A stretch of DNA of 34,407 bases from Myxococcota bacterium (lineage in GTDB: Bacteria > Myxococcota > SpSt-1050): assembly GCA_049969675.1 (NCBI GenBank), contig JBMFOP010000021.1, positions 1 through 34,407 of the forward strand, written 5' to 3'. Shown piece by piece: positions 1 to 7,809 of this stretch; the stretch's first letter is position 1, and each line of letters begins with the position of its first letter. The notes under the pieces are model-generated. The model did not search any database and was not told where the DNA came from. It saw nothing but the letters and a program-made list of their open reading frames with translations. The position numbers and the translations under genes are program-made.

Positions 1-304
1 TCATCCGCCTTATCCGCCTCTTCTCTGCTCCTCCCCTCATTATCCAATATATCCCTCGCATCAAGCCCATACTTTACACCTACCCCCATCATTATAATCC
101 CTCCCCCTATCAATGACCAGCTCAGTATCTTACTGCCCCTCTCCCACTCTTAATACCACTCGTAGTCTTAATATTTTCTACCCCATTCTCTGCCTTTATA
201 TCAAATACAAGTGCCCTTTCCTTTTCCAATCTCTTACCTTTATCATCTGCATATAATATGGATGGTAAAATACATATCATCAACAAAAAGAACCTTAATC
301 TCAT
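1..304 (-). pseudogene. Frameshifted (and probably internally deleted) exported/membrane protein gene; runs off the window edge
   Basis: GGGAGG RBS before ATG 304 and a signal peptide (MRLRFFLLMICILPSILYA). The frame stops at TGA 122-124. Adding one G to the GGGG run at 136-139 continues it into SKILSWSLIGGGIIMMGVGVKYGLDARDILDNEGRSREEADKAD, open to base 1, which includes a Gly-rich TM helix. Confidence 0.55.
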
Positions 305-498
305 ACAACCTCCCTATTTACACTCAAAGGGTTAAGTATTGGTAACAGAGTTTCTATATCTTTTCATAGCAAAAAATTACTGTATATAATTAAGAAAGGT
401 CAAGAAAATTTTCTAAAGATTTTTAGATTCTTTAACTTCTACGAAAAATGCAAGAAGGTTTTACAAGTATTTTGGTTTTGGCTATGCAGAATCAGGGC

Positions 499-534
499 TT
501 AACTTCTCTAATCAGATTATTCTGGACAGCGGTG
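499..534 (+). mobile_element. Degenerate IS4-like right terminal repeat (copy A)
   Basis: Reverse complement CACCGCTGTCCAGAATAATC-TGATTAGAGAAGTTAA aligns with CACTGCTGTCCAAAATAATC-TTCTTTGAGAATTTAA at 34277. Confidence 0.6.
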
Positions 535-559
535 TTTAATCGGGGATTCTAATGAGATA

Positions 560-1780
560 CTAAAATTTAAATCCACGAGGTATGACCACAACCCCATTTT
601 CTGAGACATAGAATCTCTTTCGGTCTGCCTCAAGGTCGTATCCTATTGTGGTATTCTCTGGTATATAAAGGTCTTTATCTATTATCGCCTTTCTAATCTT
701 ACAATGCCTGCCGACGATCACATTATCAAATATGACTGATTCTGTTATCTCAGAATAGGAGTTAATTCTTACACAGGGTGAAAGAATAGAGTTTCTAACA
801 ACACTTCCAGAGATGATACACCCCTCTGAGACCAGCGAATCAAGTGCATATCCGGTTCTTTTAGAGTTAAAGTCTGCAAAGACAAATTTGGCTGGTGGCA
901 TATTCAGAGAGATTGCCTTTATGGGCCATTGGGCATTGTAGAGAGAGAATGGTGGAGATACTGACACCATCTCCATTGAGGTATTAAAGTATCCATCTAT
1001 TGTCCCCACATCCCTGAAATAACCGCGTTCATTTTCACTCATACCCGGCACAATATTGGTATTGAAATCGTAAGCATAAGCCTTGTGGGTCTTTACAAGT
1101 CTCGGGATTATATCTCTTGATAGGTCGTGGGTACTCTTATCATCGTGACTGTCCTCAATTACGGCATTCAAGAGGACATCTTTTTTAAAAATAAAATTCC
1201 CCATAGAGGCAACAGGGTTTTCAAAGAATATCATATCCCTTGTGGCGGGCTTCTCTATATAATGAACAATCCTTCCGTTCTGGTCACTTAAGAGTACTCC
1301 ATATCTCATAAATTCATTTTCCGGAAATGTGGTGGTGGCAATAGTGAGGTCTGCATCCTTCTCCAGGTGATATCTGAACATCTGAGATATATCCATTCTG
1401 TATATATGGTCTGCTCCAAAGACAAGGATGTGTTCGGGCCTTTCAGACTCAATGATATCAATGTTCTGAAAGATTGCATCGGCAGAGCCTTTGAACCATT
1501 CCTTTGTTACTCTCATCTGTGCCGGGACTACATCTATATAATGGTCAAGTACATTACTTAATCTCCATGTCCTGAATATATGTTGAATCAGAGAATCTGC
1601 CTTATATTGGGTCAGAACTTTTATCCACAAAAATCCTGAATTGACCAGATTTGATAGGACGAAATCAATCAACCTGTATCTCCCCGCAAAGGGGACGGCT
1701 GGCTTTGCACGTGTCATTGTAAGTGGATAGAGTCTCCTCCCCTCTCCACCAGCAAGTACTATCGCAAGGGCTCGCCTCAT
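560..1780 (-). CDS. glgC: Glucose-1-phosphate adenylyltransferase (ADP-glucose pyrophosphorylase)
   Basis: VLAGGEGRRLYPLT..RAKPAVPF, WFKGSADAI, ADHIY, YIEKP, ASMGN, RDVGT and a C-terminal left-handed beta-helix. Start is ATG 1780 or 1786. Confidence 0.95.
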   Translation of the reverse strand: MRRALAIVLAGGEGRRLYPLTMTRAKPAVPFAGRYRLIDFVLSNLVNSGFLWIKVLTQYKADSLIQHIFRTWRLSNVLDHYIDVVPAQMRVTKEWFKGSADAIFQNIDIIESERPEHILVFGADHIYRMDISQMFRYHLEKDADLTIATTTFPENEFMRYGVLLSDQNGRIVHYIEKPATRDMIFFENPVASMGNFIFKKDVLLNAVIEDSHDDKSTHDLSRDIIPRLVKTHKAYAYDFNTNIVPGMSENERGYFRDVGTIDGYFNTSMEMVSVSPPFSLYNAQWPIKAISLNMPPAKFVFADFNSKRTGYALDSLVSEGCIISGSVVRNSILSPCVRINSYSEITESVIFDNVIVGRHCKIRKAIIDKDLYIPENTTIGYDLEADRKRFYVSENGVVVIPRGFKF

Positions 1781-1787
1781 AAGCATA

Positions 1788-1815
1788 ATAATATACCTAT
1801 AAACTTTATTGTCAA
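1788..1815 (-). promoter_or_regulatory. Sigma70-type promoter for glgC (TTGACA-N16-TATTAT)
   Basis: Minus strand reads TTGACA(1815-1810) ATAAAGTTTATAGGTA TATTAT(1793-1788) TATGCTT ATG(1780). Confidence 0.6.
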
Positions 1816-1845
1816 TTCCAACCTTTTATGATAGTAGAGAGTTCT

Positions 1846-2700
1846 ATGAAGTATGCAGGTATAGTCTTAAAGATTACACATCCGCTGATTGAACAGGTAT
1901 TTCAGCAGATCCTCTCTGAACTTGAGCATTACCATATAAAGGCATATCTGGATGAGGCATCCAGTAGAAAACTTCAATATGAGAATGTATTAAATAGTGA
2001 GACAGCAAAACTTATAGATTTTCTTATTGTGGCTGGTGGAGATGGGACATTTCTGCGGTCTATTGAATATCTGAGCAGTAAAGATAAGCCCGTTGTGGGA
2101 ATCAATCTGAGCGGTTCGCTCGGATTTATAACAGAGATAACTCTGGAAGAGCTCCGTGAGACAATAACTGATATTGTAAATGAAAACTACAGATATATAT
2201 ACAAGACAAGACTCAGGTCCTCTGTCATTCGTGATGGTAAAGTTATCTGTTGTGCAGAAGTCCTGAATGAGGCGGCTATACTTAGAAATTCACTTACCCC
2301 TATTGTCAATTTTGATATCTGGGTGGATAATCTATATCTGAGCAAGATAAAGGCAGATGGAATCATTGTGGCAACCCCTACTGGTTCTACGGCGTACAAT
2401 ATGGCGGTCAATGGACCAATTCTACACCCTGAGACAGAGGGTATTATAATAAATGCTGTCGCTCCTCATATGCTCTCATTCAGACCGATTATATTACCCT
2501 CTACTGTAAAAATAAGAGTAAAGATTACAAAGGCTATAGGACCTATTTATGCAAACTTTGATGGGCAGAGGGGAGTTGAGCTTGTAAGTAAGGATGAGGT
2601 GAAGATAGAGAAGAGCAACTTCCCTATTAAGGTAATTCAGTCAAAAAGAAGGGATTTCTTTGATATCATAAGAACCAAACTCAAATGGGGCGAGAAATAA
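1846..2700 (+). CDS. nadK: NAD(+) kinase
   Basis: GGDGTFL, GINL.GSLGF, LNE, DGIIVATPTGSTAY motifs; directly upstream of recN. Start is ATG 1846 or 1828. Confidence 0.95.
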   Translation: MKYAGIVLKITHPLIEQVFQQILSELEHYHIKAYLDEASSRKLQYENVLNSETAKLIDFLIVAGGDGTFLRSIEYLSSKDKPVVGINLSGSLGFITEITLEELRETITDIVNENYRYIYKTRLRSSVIRDGKVICCAEVLNEAAILRNSLTPIVNFDIWVDNLYLSKIKADGIIVATPTGSTAYNMAVNGPILHPETEGIIINAVAPHMLSFRPIILPSTVKIRVKITKAIGPIYANFDGQRGVELVSKDEVKIEKSNFPIKVIQSKRRDFFDIIRTKLKWGEK

Positions 2701-2706
2701 CTCAGG

Positions 2707-4344
2707 ATGCTCTCTCATATCCGTATAAAAGACTTTGCAATAATTGATGATGTAGATATCCAGTTTGGAGATTGCTTTACCGTTATTACCGGTGAGACAG
2801 GGGCTGGGAAATCTATACTCATTCAGGCAATAACACTGCTACTTGGCTCAAGGGGAGATACAGATTTTATTAGGAATAAGAGTGAAGAGCTGCTGGTTGA
2901 AGGTATCTTTCAGATAGACGATAAGGAGCTCCTCATCAGGAGGACACTCAATAGATCAGGGAGGTCAAAGATATATATCAATGATGAACTGGCTACCTTA
3001 AATCAGCTCAAAGATGCTACCGCCTTTATGGTGGATATATCCGGACAACATCAACATCAGATGCTCTTAAATGAGGAATCTCACATTGATATCGTTGATA
3101 AATATGCATCCAATTCTGAAATAATTGAGAAATATAAGAAGATTAGAGATGAATACTTTTTGCTCCTTTCAGAGATAAAGAGACTGAACGAACTAAAATT
3201 AGAGAAGGATTCAAGACTGGACTATCTGAAATATCAGAGAGAGGAATTGTCATCTGTGGCGGTTAGTAGAGAGGAGTATGAAAATCTAATAAATGAGTCC
3301 AGTGTCTTGAGGCATAGCTCAAAATTTCAGCAGATCCTCTCAGAGACAGAATCAATTATCTATAGTCAGGATGCGAACATAGTAGGGCTTATCGGTAAGG
3401 TCAGAAAGAGGCTTCTGGAACTCTCTTCTATATCAAGAGACTTTGAATGTTATATAAAGGAGTTTGAAAATTTTGAGAGTCTGCTGTCTGAACTGAACAA
3501 AATGATTTCGGATAGATTGACCAGGACGGATTTCTCATCTGATAGACTGGATACCGTGGAGGGTAAATTACACAGGATTAAGAGGGTCTGCGAAAAGTAC
3601 AGGATATCTGTTGAAGAGATTATTCCACGACTTAAAAAGATAGATGAGGAGATATACCAGCTTGAAAATTCCGAGATAATCTCAAAGGATACAGAGAAGA
3701 GATTGGAATCTGTCTTTGAGAGCCTAAAGAAGACAGCCGAAGAGCTCCATAAGATTAGAGTACATTCTTCAAAAGATATATCTACTCGTTGTGAGGAGGT
3801 ATTGGAGAGGCTTGGATTTAAGGGCTCAAGAATAAAATTTGAGATAGAGTTTAATCCACCAGCAGATATCTTTGATAGTTCAAAGGTGCTTGAGAAGGGA
3901 TTTGATATTGTACGGATATTGTTTGCACCAAATATTGGAGAGGAGTTTAAGCCACTCTTTAAGATTGCATCTGGTGGGGAGCTCTCAAGGGTTATGCTCG
4001 CATTCAAGAGCGCAATATCAGGTAGTGATGTGGTCAGGACCTATATATTTGATGAGGTGGATGCAGGGATAGGTGGAGCAGTGGCAGAGTCCGTTGGGAG
4101 ATTCTTAAAAGAACTCTCTCAGAAGAGACAGGTAATATGTATAACTCACCTCCCTCAGATAGCATCTCTTGCCTCAGACCACTTCACTGTGGAGAAGTTT
4201 GTGGAGAATAGACGTACCTCAATTAGAATCAGAAGGATTAAGGGTGAGGAGAGGGTGGAAGAGATTGCCAGAATGATGGGAGGACATAAAATCACGGAGA
4301 AGAACAGGGCATATGCGAGGGAGCTGCTTGAAAAGAATAACTGA
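2707..4344 (+). CDS. recN: DNA repair protein RecN
   Basis: Walker A TGETGAGKS, Q-loop ISGQHQHQ, long coiled coil, ASGGELSR signature, IFDEVDAGIGG, ITHLPQIA, EEIARM. Confidence 0.97.
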   Translation: MLSHIRIKDFAIIDDVDIQFGDCFTVITGETGAGKSILIQAITLLLGSRGDTDFIRNKSEELLVEGIFQIDDKELLIRRTLNRSGRSKIYINDELATLNQLKDATAFMVDISGQHQHQMLLNEESHIDIVDKYASNSEIIEKYKKIRDEYFLLLSEIKRLNELKLEKDSRLDYLKYQREELSSVAVSREEYENLINESSVLRHSSKFQQILSETESIIYSQDANIVGLIGKVRKRLLELSSISRDFECYIKEFENFESLLSELNKMISDRLTRTDFSSDRLDTVEGKLHRIKRVCEKYRISVEEIIPRLKKIDEEIYQLENSEIISKDTEKRLESVFESLKKTAEELHKIRVHSSKDISTRCEEVLERLGFKGSRIKFEIEFNPPADIFDSSKVLEKGFDIVRILFAPNIGEEFKPLFKIASGGELSRVMLAFKSAISGSDVVRTYIFDEVDAGIGGAVAESVGRFLKELSQKRQVICITHLPQIASLASDHFTVEKFVENRRTSIRIRRIKGEERVEEIARMMGGHKITEKNRAYARELLEKNN

Positions 4345-5293
4345 TCTGCTATCCATCTCCCTTCTTTTTATCTTCTCTCCGCCGCTCTTTGCCTATGAAA
4401 ATTCTGTTGTAAAGGGTGTAAACGGGGATGTCTATCTGCTTACTACAAAGAATCGCTGGGAGAGGGTATATGAGGGTGAGAAGTTTAACTCCAACTTTAG
4501 ATTGAAAACAGAGAAGGGTTCTGCTGTAACGATTCAGATGGGACAGGATGTAAATATATCCATAGATGAAGATTCTCTGTTTGAATTAAATGACAACTTC
4601 TCAGATAGGAGTTCCGTCATCTCACTCGCGATATTTTATGGAACAATTGATATATCTTCCAATTCTTTTGATAAAAAGATTAGAATTATAACACCGTACA
4701 ATATTCTATCCATGGCAAAAGGAGAACTTCGCCTTACAATCGACGATTCTCACAAAACGAATATACAGAAGTGTAGTGGAAAGGTCGCTATTATTCTGCA
4801 TGGTAAAGAGAAATTGATTAATGGAGCTCAGATCTTACCATCTTTAGATAAGGAAACGGAGATTGAATACTTCATCAACGAAATTAATAACAATATGGAT
4901 ATATTGAAGAATGAATTAGAGAGATTTGAGATATTGAGCGAGAGATTTGATACCCTCTCGGAGAAGAGAGTTGCGGCGAAGAAGGAAGATATATCTCTCA
5001 AAAAGGAGATTGAAGAGAGCCTGAATACTATATTTTCAACTCTTACAACGATTAATGAGGCAAAGAATAGGATAAATATCTTCTCCACATTCCTGAAGAG
5101 TGAGATTGAAAAGAGGAGTTCAACTTATGAGAGTGAAGATGAAGAGGAGATCCCGAAGACCTTTGAGAAACTCAAAGAGAGACAGCAGGATTTAAATAAC
5201 CTGAAGAAGAGATACAATAAAATTCTTACCACGGATTTCTATTCTATTCTGAAGATGTATGATACCTCAAAGAATGGCAGAAAGAAGAAATAG
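4328..5293 (+). CDS. Exported FecR-domain-like protein with C-terminal coiled coil
   Basis: Signal peptide (LLSISLLFIFSPPLFA); VKGVNGDV...LKTEKGSAVTIQM..INISIDEDS...G...IITPY...G pattern of FecR-like beta domains; Glu/Lys-rich helical tail. Likely TTG start at 4328 after GAGGGAG; overlaps the recN end. Confidence 0.6.
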   Translation: MKRITDLLSISLLFIFSPPLFAYENSVVKGVNGDVYLLTTKNRWERVYEGEKFNSNFRLKTEKGSAVTIQMGQDVNISIDEDSLFELNDNFSDRSSVISLAIFYGTIDISSNSFDKKIRIITPYNILSMAKGELRLTIDDSHKTNIQKCSGKVAIILHGKEKLINGAQILPSLDKETEIEYFINEINNNMDILKNELERFEILSERFDTLSEKRVAAKKEDISLKKEIEESLNTIFSTLTTINEAKNRINIFSTFLKSEIEKRSSTYESEDEEEIPKTFEKLKERQQDLNNLKKRYNKILTTDFYSILKMYDTSKNGRKKK

Positions 5294-5306
5294 ATTAGAT
5301 TGAATC

Positions 5307-6338
5307 TTATTGTTTTAATAGAAAAATAAGCAGAATTACTATTGAGACAATAATTAGTTTAAAGAGTTTTATATAGATGGAATCCCTTATAGAATGCGGA
5401 ATTAGAGGTAGAAGACCATGCCCATCCTGCATTATTGTATTTACAAGCAGTACCTCAAATGGGATTATCCCCTTTGCAAACATCATTACGAAGATGAGAT
5501 GTGGTCCAGATTCAGGGATAAGGCCTATTAATATAGCACTCAGATACAAGAGATTCGTATATTGTGAGACAATGGCTTTGATGTCCATAAATCTATCTAT
5601 CAGTTCAATGGCAAATAATACAGAAAATGTTATTAAAAAGATTTTTATTAGATGTCTCTTGGCGATGTGATTCCATATATGTTCATTTAGGTAGTGCTCT
5701 GGTACGGTGAGTATTACAAATGTGGCAAGAAGATTTACCACTATAAGTATAATCTTTTCGGTCTCCACCTCCTTCTCAATAAAGAGACCAATTACAAAAA
5801 ATATAATTGAGCCAGCAAGTATCAGAAGGAGGAGGAATCTTGCCAGTGACATATTTTTTAGATTCTGCATTATTGATTTTATCTCAAAGTAATGAAACTC
5901 CTCGTCTTCGGTATGAATGGCTGAAATCTCACACTCCTTGCAGGTCTCAATCTTTAAGATTGGGATGAGTTTATCTAAAATGAATCCAGAAATAATTGCT
6001 ATGCCAGATGTAATGGAGAGGAGGATTATTGCCTTCTCTGGAAATAGCGCAAACATAAAGAGCTCCTCATCTCCAGCGGTTGCAAGTAGTGCGGCAAATA
6101 GTGCGCCAAAAGAGATAAGCCCTCTCACATAAAATCCCACGACAAGGAATAGACCCAGACAGGCGGGGATTAATCCAAAAAGTGCAGCAAATATATATTG
6201 TTTGAAGCCACCGCCTCTAATAAAAGACTGCATCTTCCCCCTTGTAATGACATTGATGTAGTCAATTATCACCATCATTACAAAGATAAAGACAGTAATC
6301 AGGACTGTCTCATCAAGAACCTTCTTAAGCAGCTCCAT
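5307..6338 (-). CDS. Putative metal(loid) transporter, ArsP_2/DUF2899 'putative manganese transporter' family
   Basis: About 9-10 TM helices; GLIPACLG, ATAGDE, GLIPESGPHL and QDGHGLLPL motifs; cytoplasmic loop CKEC..IH. Confidence 0.75.
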   Translation of the reverse strand: MELLKKVLDETVLITVFIFVMMVIIDYINVITRGKMQSFIRGGGFKQYIFAALFGLIPACLGLFLVVGFYVRGLISFGALFAALLATAGDEELFMFALFPEKAIILLSITSGIAIISGFILDKLIPILKIETCKECEISAIHTEDEEFHYFEIKSIMQNLKNMSLARFLLLLILAGSIIFFVIGLFIEKEVETEKIILIVVNLLATFVILTVPEHYLNEHIWNHIAKRHLIKIFLITFSVLFAIELIDRFMDIKAIVSQYTNLLYLSAILIGLIPESGPHLIFVMMFAKGIIPFEVLLVNTIMQDGHGLLPLIPHSIRDSIYIKLFKLIIVSIVILLIFLLKQ

Positions 6339-7257
6339 AGTAGTCTCCCCTTGGTCCTTTGATTACCTTAACTCGCTTCTCATTAATTAATCTATCAAGA
6401 ACAGAATCTACCTCTTTCATCCTGAGTGATAGAATTGCCCTTAACTCCTCTCTGGTACAGGGCCTTCTTGAGATGGTCTCAACTATCAGGTTTTCAATAT
6501 CAACAGGCTCAACATTTAGATTCTTATCTTCATATCTTCCAACAATCTCGGCGATTGGTTCAAAGTATGTAGCAATTTTTATAAGCTCTTTATATTCCGC
6601 CTTCTTTATCCCCTGAACCGCCGGAGGTCTATCAAGAGAGTTCAGTTGAATCTTATCGGGCTTGATCCTCTTCACCGCATCTGATAATCTTTTTATCTCC
6701 TCTTCTGAATCGTTGAGACCGGGCACAATAAAGATTTCAAGATATATCTTATTTTTAAATTTCTCTCTGAGGTTGATCAGTCCGTCAATGATTCTTTCAA
6801 TCTTTAGCCCTTTATGAGGACGATTGATTCTTTTGAATATCTCTGTACTTGCTGCATCCAGAGAGGGGACTATGAGGTCAACATCTTTTACCTCATCAAT
6901 AAGTGATTCATCTGTAAATAGTGTCCCGTTTGTAAGAAGTGCTATCTTATACTCTTTGAAATTCTCCTTGAGGAATTTCACCACATCGCCGAGTTTACTA
7001 TTCAGAGTAGGCTCTCCGGAACCCGAGAATGTGATATAGTCAAGCCCTGGAGATTTTGATAAGAAGTCTGAGAGTTCATAAATTACATCCTGAGTCTTTA
7101 CATATTCTTTCCTTAAAAGGGTCAGATTGGTTGTCCTCCCACACTCACAATATACACAATTGAGTGTGCATGTCTTATGCTCTACAAGGTCCACACCCAG
7201 AGATAATCCGAGCCTGCGGGATAAGACCGGTCCAAAGATGTACCTATAATTGCCCAT
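6325..7257 (-). CDS. Radical SAM Fe-S oxidoreductase (COG0731-like) with a probable C-terminal winged helix
   Basis: IFGPVLSRRLGLSLGVD, CTLNCVYC (CxxxCxxC), ITFSGSGEPTL, LLTNGT, SLDA, QLNSLDRPPA, RRPCT. Confidence 0.85.
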   Translation of the reverse strand: MGNYRYIFGPVLSRRLGLSLGVDLVEHKTCTLNCVYCECGRTTNLTLLRKEYVKTQDVIYELSDFLSKSPGLDYITFSGSGEPTLNSKLGDVVKFLKENFKEYKIALLTNGTLFTDESLIDEVKDVDLIVPSLDAASTEIFKRINRPHKGLKIERIIDGLINLREKFKNKIYLEIFIVPGLNDSEEEIKRLSDAVKRIKPDKIQLNSLDRPPAVQGIKKAEYKELIKIATYFEPIAEIVGRYEDKNLNVEPVDIENLIVETISRRPCTREELRAILSLRMKEVDSVLDRLINEKRVKVIKGPRGDYYGAA

Positions 7258-7320
7258 AAATAAGCCCTCAATTCATTTTAGATAACACAATACAATAAAA
7301 GATTCAATAGTAAACTGATA

Positions 7321-7507
7321 CCCTGCTGCCCAAAATAATCTTCACCGATAAATTAAGGATTGGTGAAATAGGCTTTATTATCTTAAACCATCAGTCTTTA
7401 TTTATCCTCGCCAATCTTGTTGCTCTAAGTTCAAGATGATTCGTAACAAGCACTATTACCTCTCTCATTGCGATATCGCACACCTTTATTCGCCTTAAGA
7501 AATCCAC
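7321..7507 (-). mobile_element. IS4-family remnant (copy B): right terminal repeat plus transposase fragment
   Basis: CCCTGCTGCCCAAAATAATC at 7321-7340 matches the repeat family. Minus strand 7498-7388 translates to LRRIKVCDIAMREVIVLVTNHLELRATRLARINKD*W, resembling the IS4 DDE segment LRR...LLTN......IA.IYK.RW with R changed to stop. Confidence 0.7.
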
Positions 7508-7527
7508 TTAATGTCCAGGAGGTATAG

Positions 7528-7776
7528 CATATTTACAACCTAACAAAAGAGAATGGATATTATTTTCTATACAGGCCGAGGAGGTTTGGGAAATCTCTGT
7601 TAATAGATATAATCCATTGCCTGTTTGAGGGGAGAAAGGAGTTATTTGGGGGACTATTTATCTACGATAGATGGGACTGGTCACAAAAATTCCCGGTGAT
7701 TCATTTAGATTTTTTAAAGCAGAAGGCAGAGAGTTCAGATGAGGTTCACCGCCAATATAACACCATTAATAAATAG
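7528..7776 (+). pseudogene. Fragment of an AAA-ATPase_like (PF09820-type) protein, usually fused to a PD-(D/E)XK nuclease
   Basis: Start-less frame HIYNLTKENGYYFLYRPRRFGKSLLIDIIHCLFEGRKELFGGLFIYDRWDWSQKFPVIHLDF...*. RPRRFGKS and LFEG.KELF.GL.I...WDW...PVIHLDF are family hallmarks. Not in the ORF track. Confidence 0.85.
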
Positions 7777-7809
7777 AAAAATGAGCAATAGAGAATAGGA
7801 AAAGTGTTA

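Noticed and set aside
110..124. Selenocysteine or readthrough at the TGA of the first ORF
   Set aside because: The in-frame continuation is only GCT GGT CAT TGA; the plausible continuation lies in another frame.
6325..7257. Wyosine synthase (TYW1) function
   Set aside because: Only family-level resemblance; wyosine synthesis is archaeal/eukaryotic and nothing here supports that substrate.
7469..7480. Perfect palindrome TGCGATATCGCA as an operator
   Set aside because: Lies within the transposase remnant, with no promoter context or second copy.
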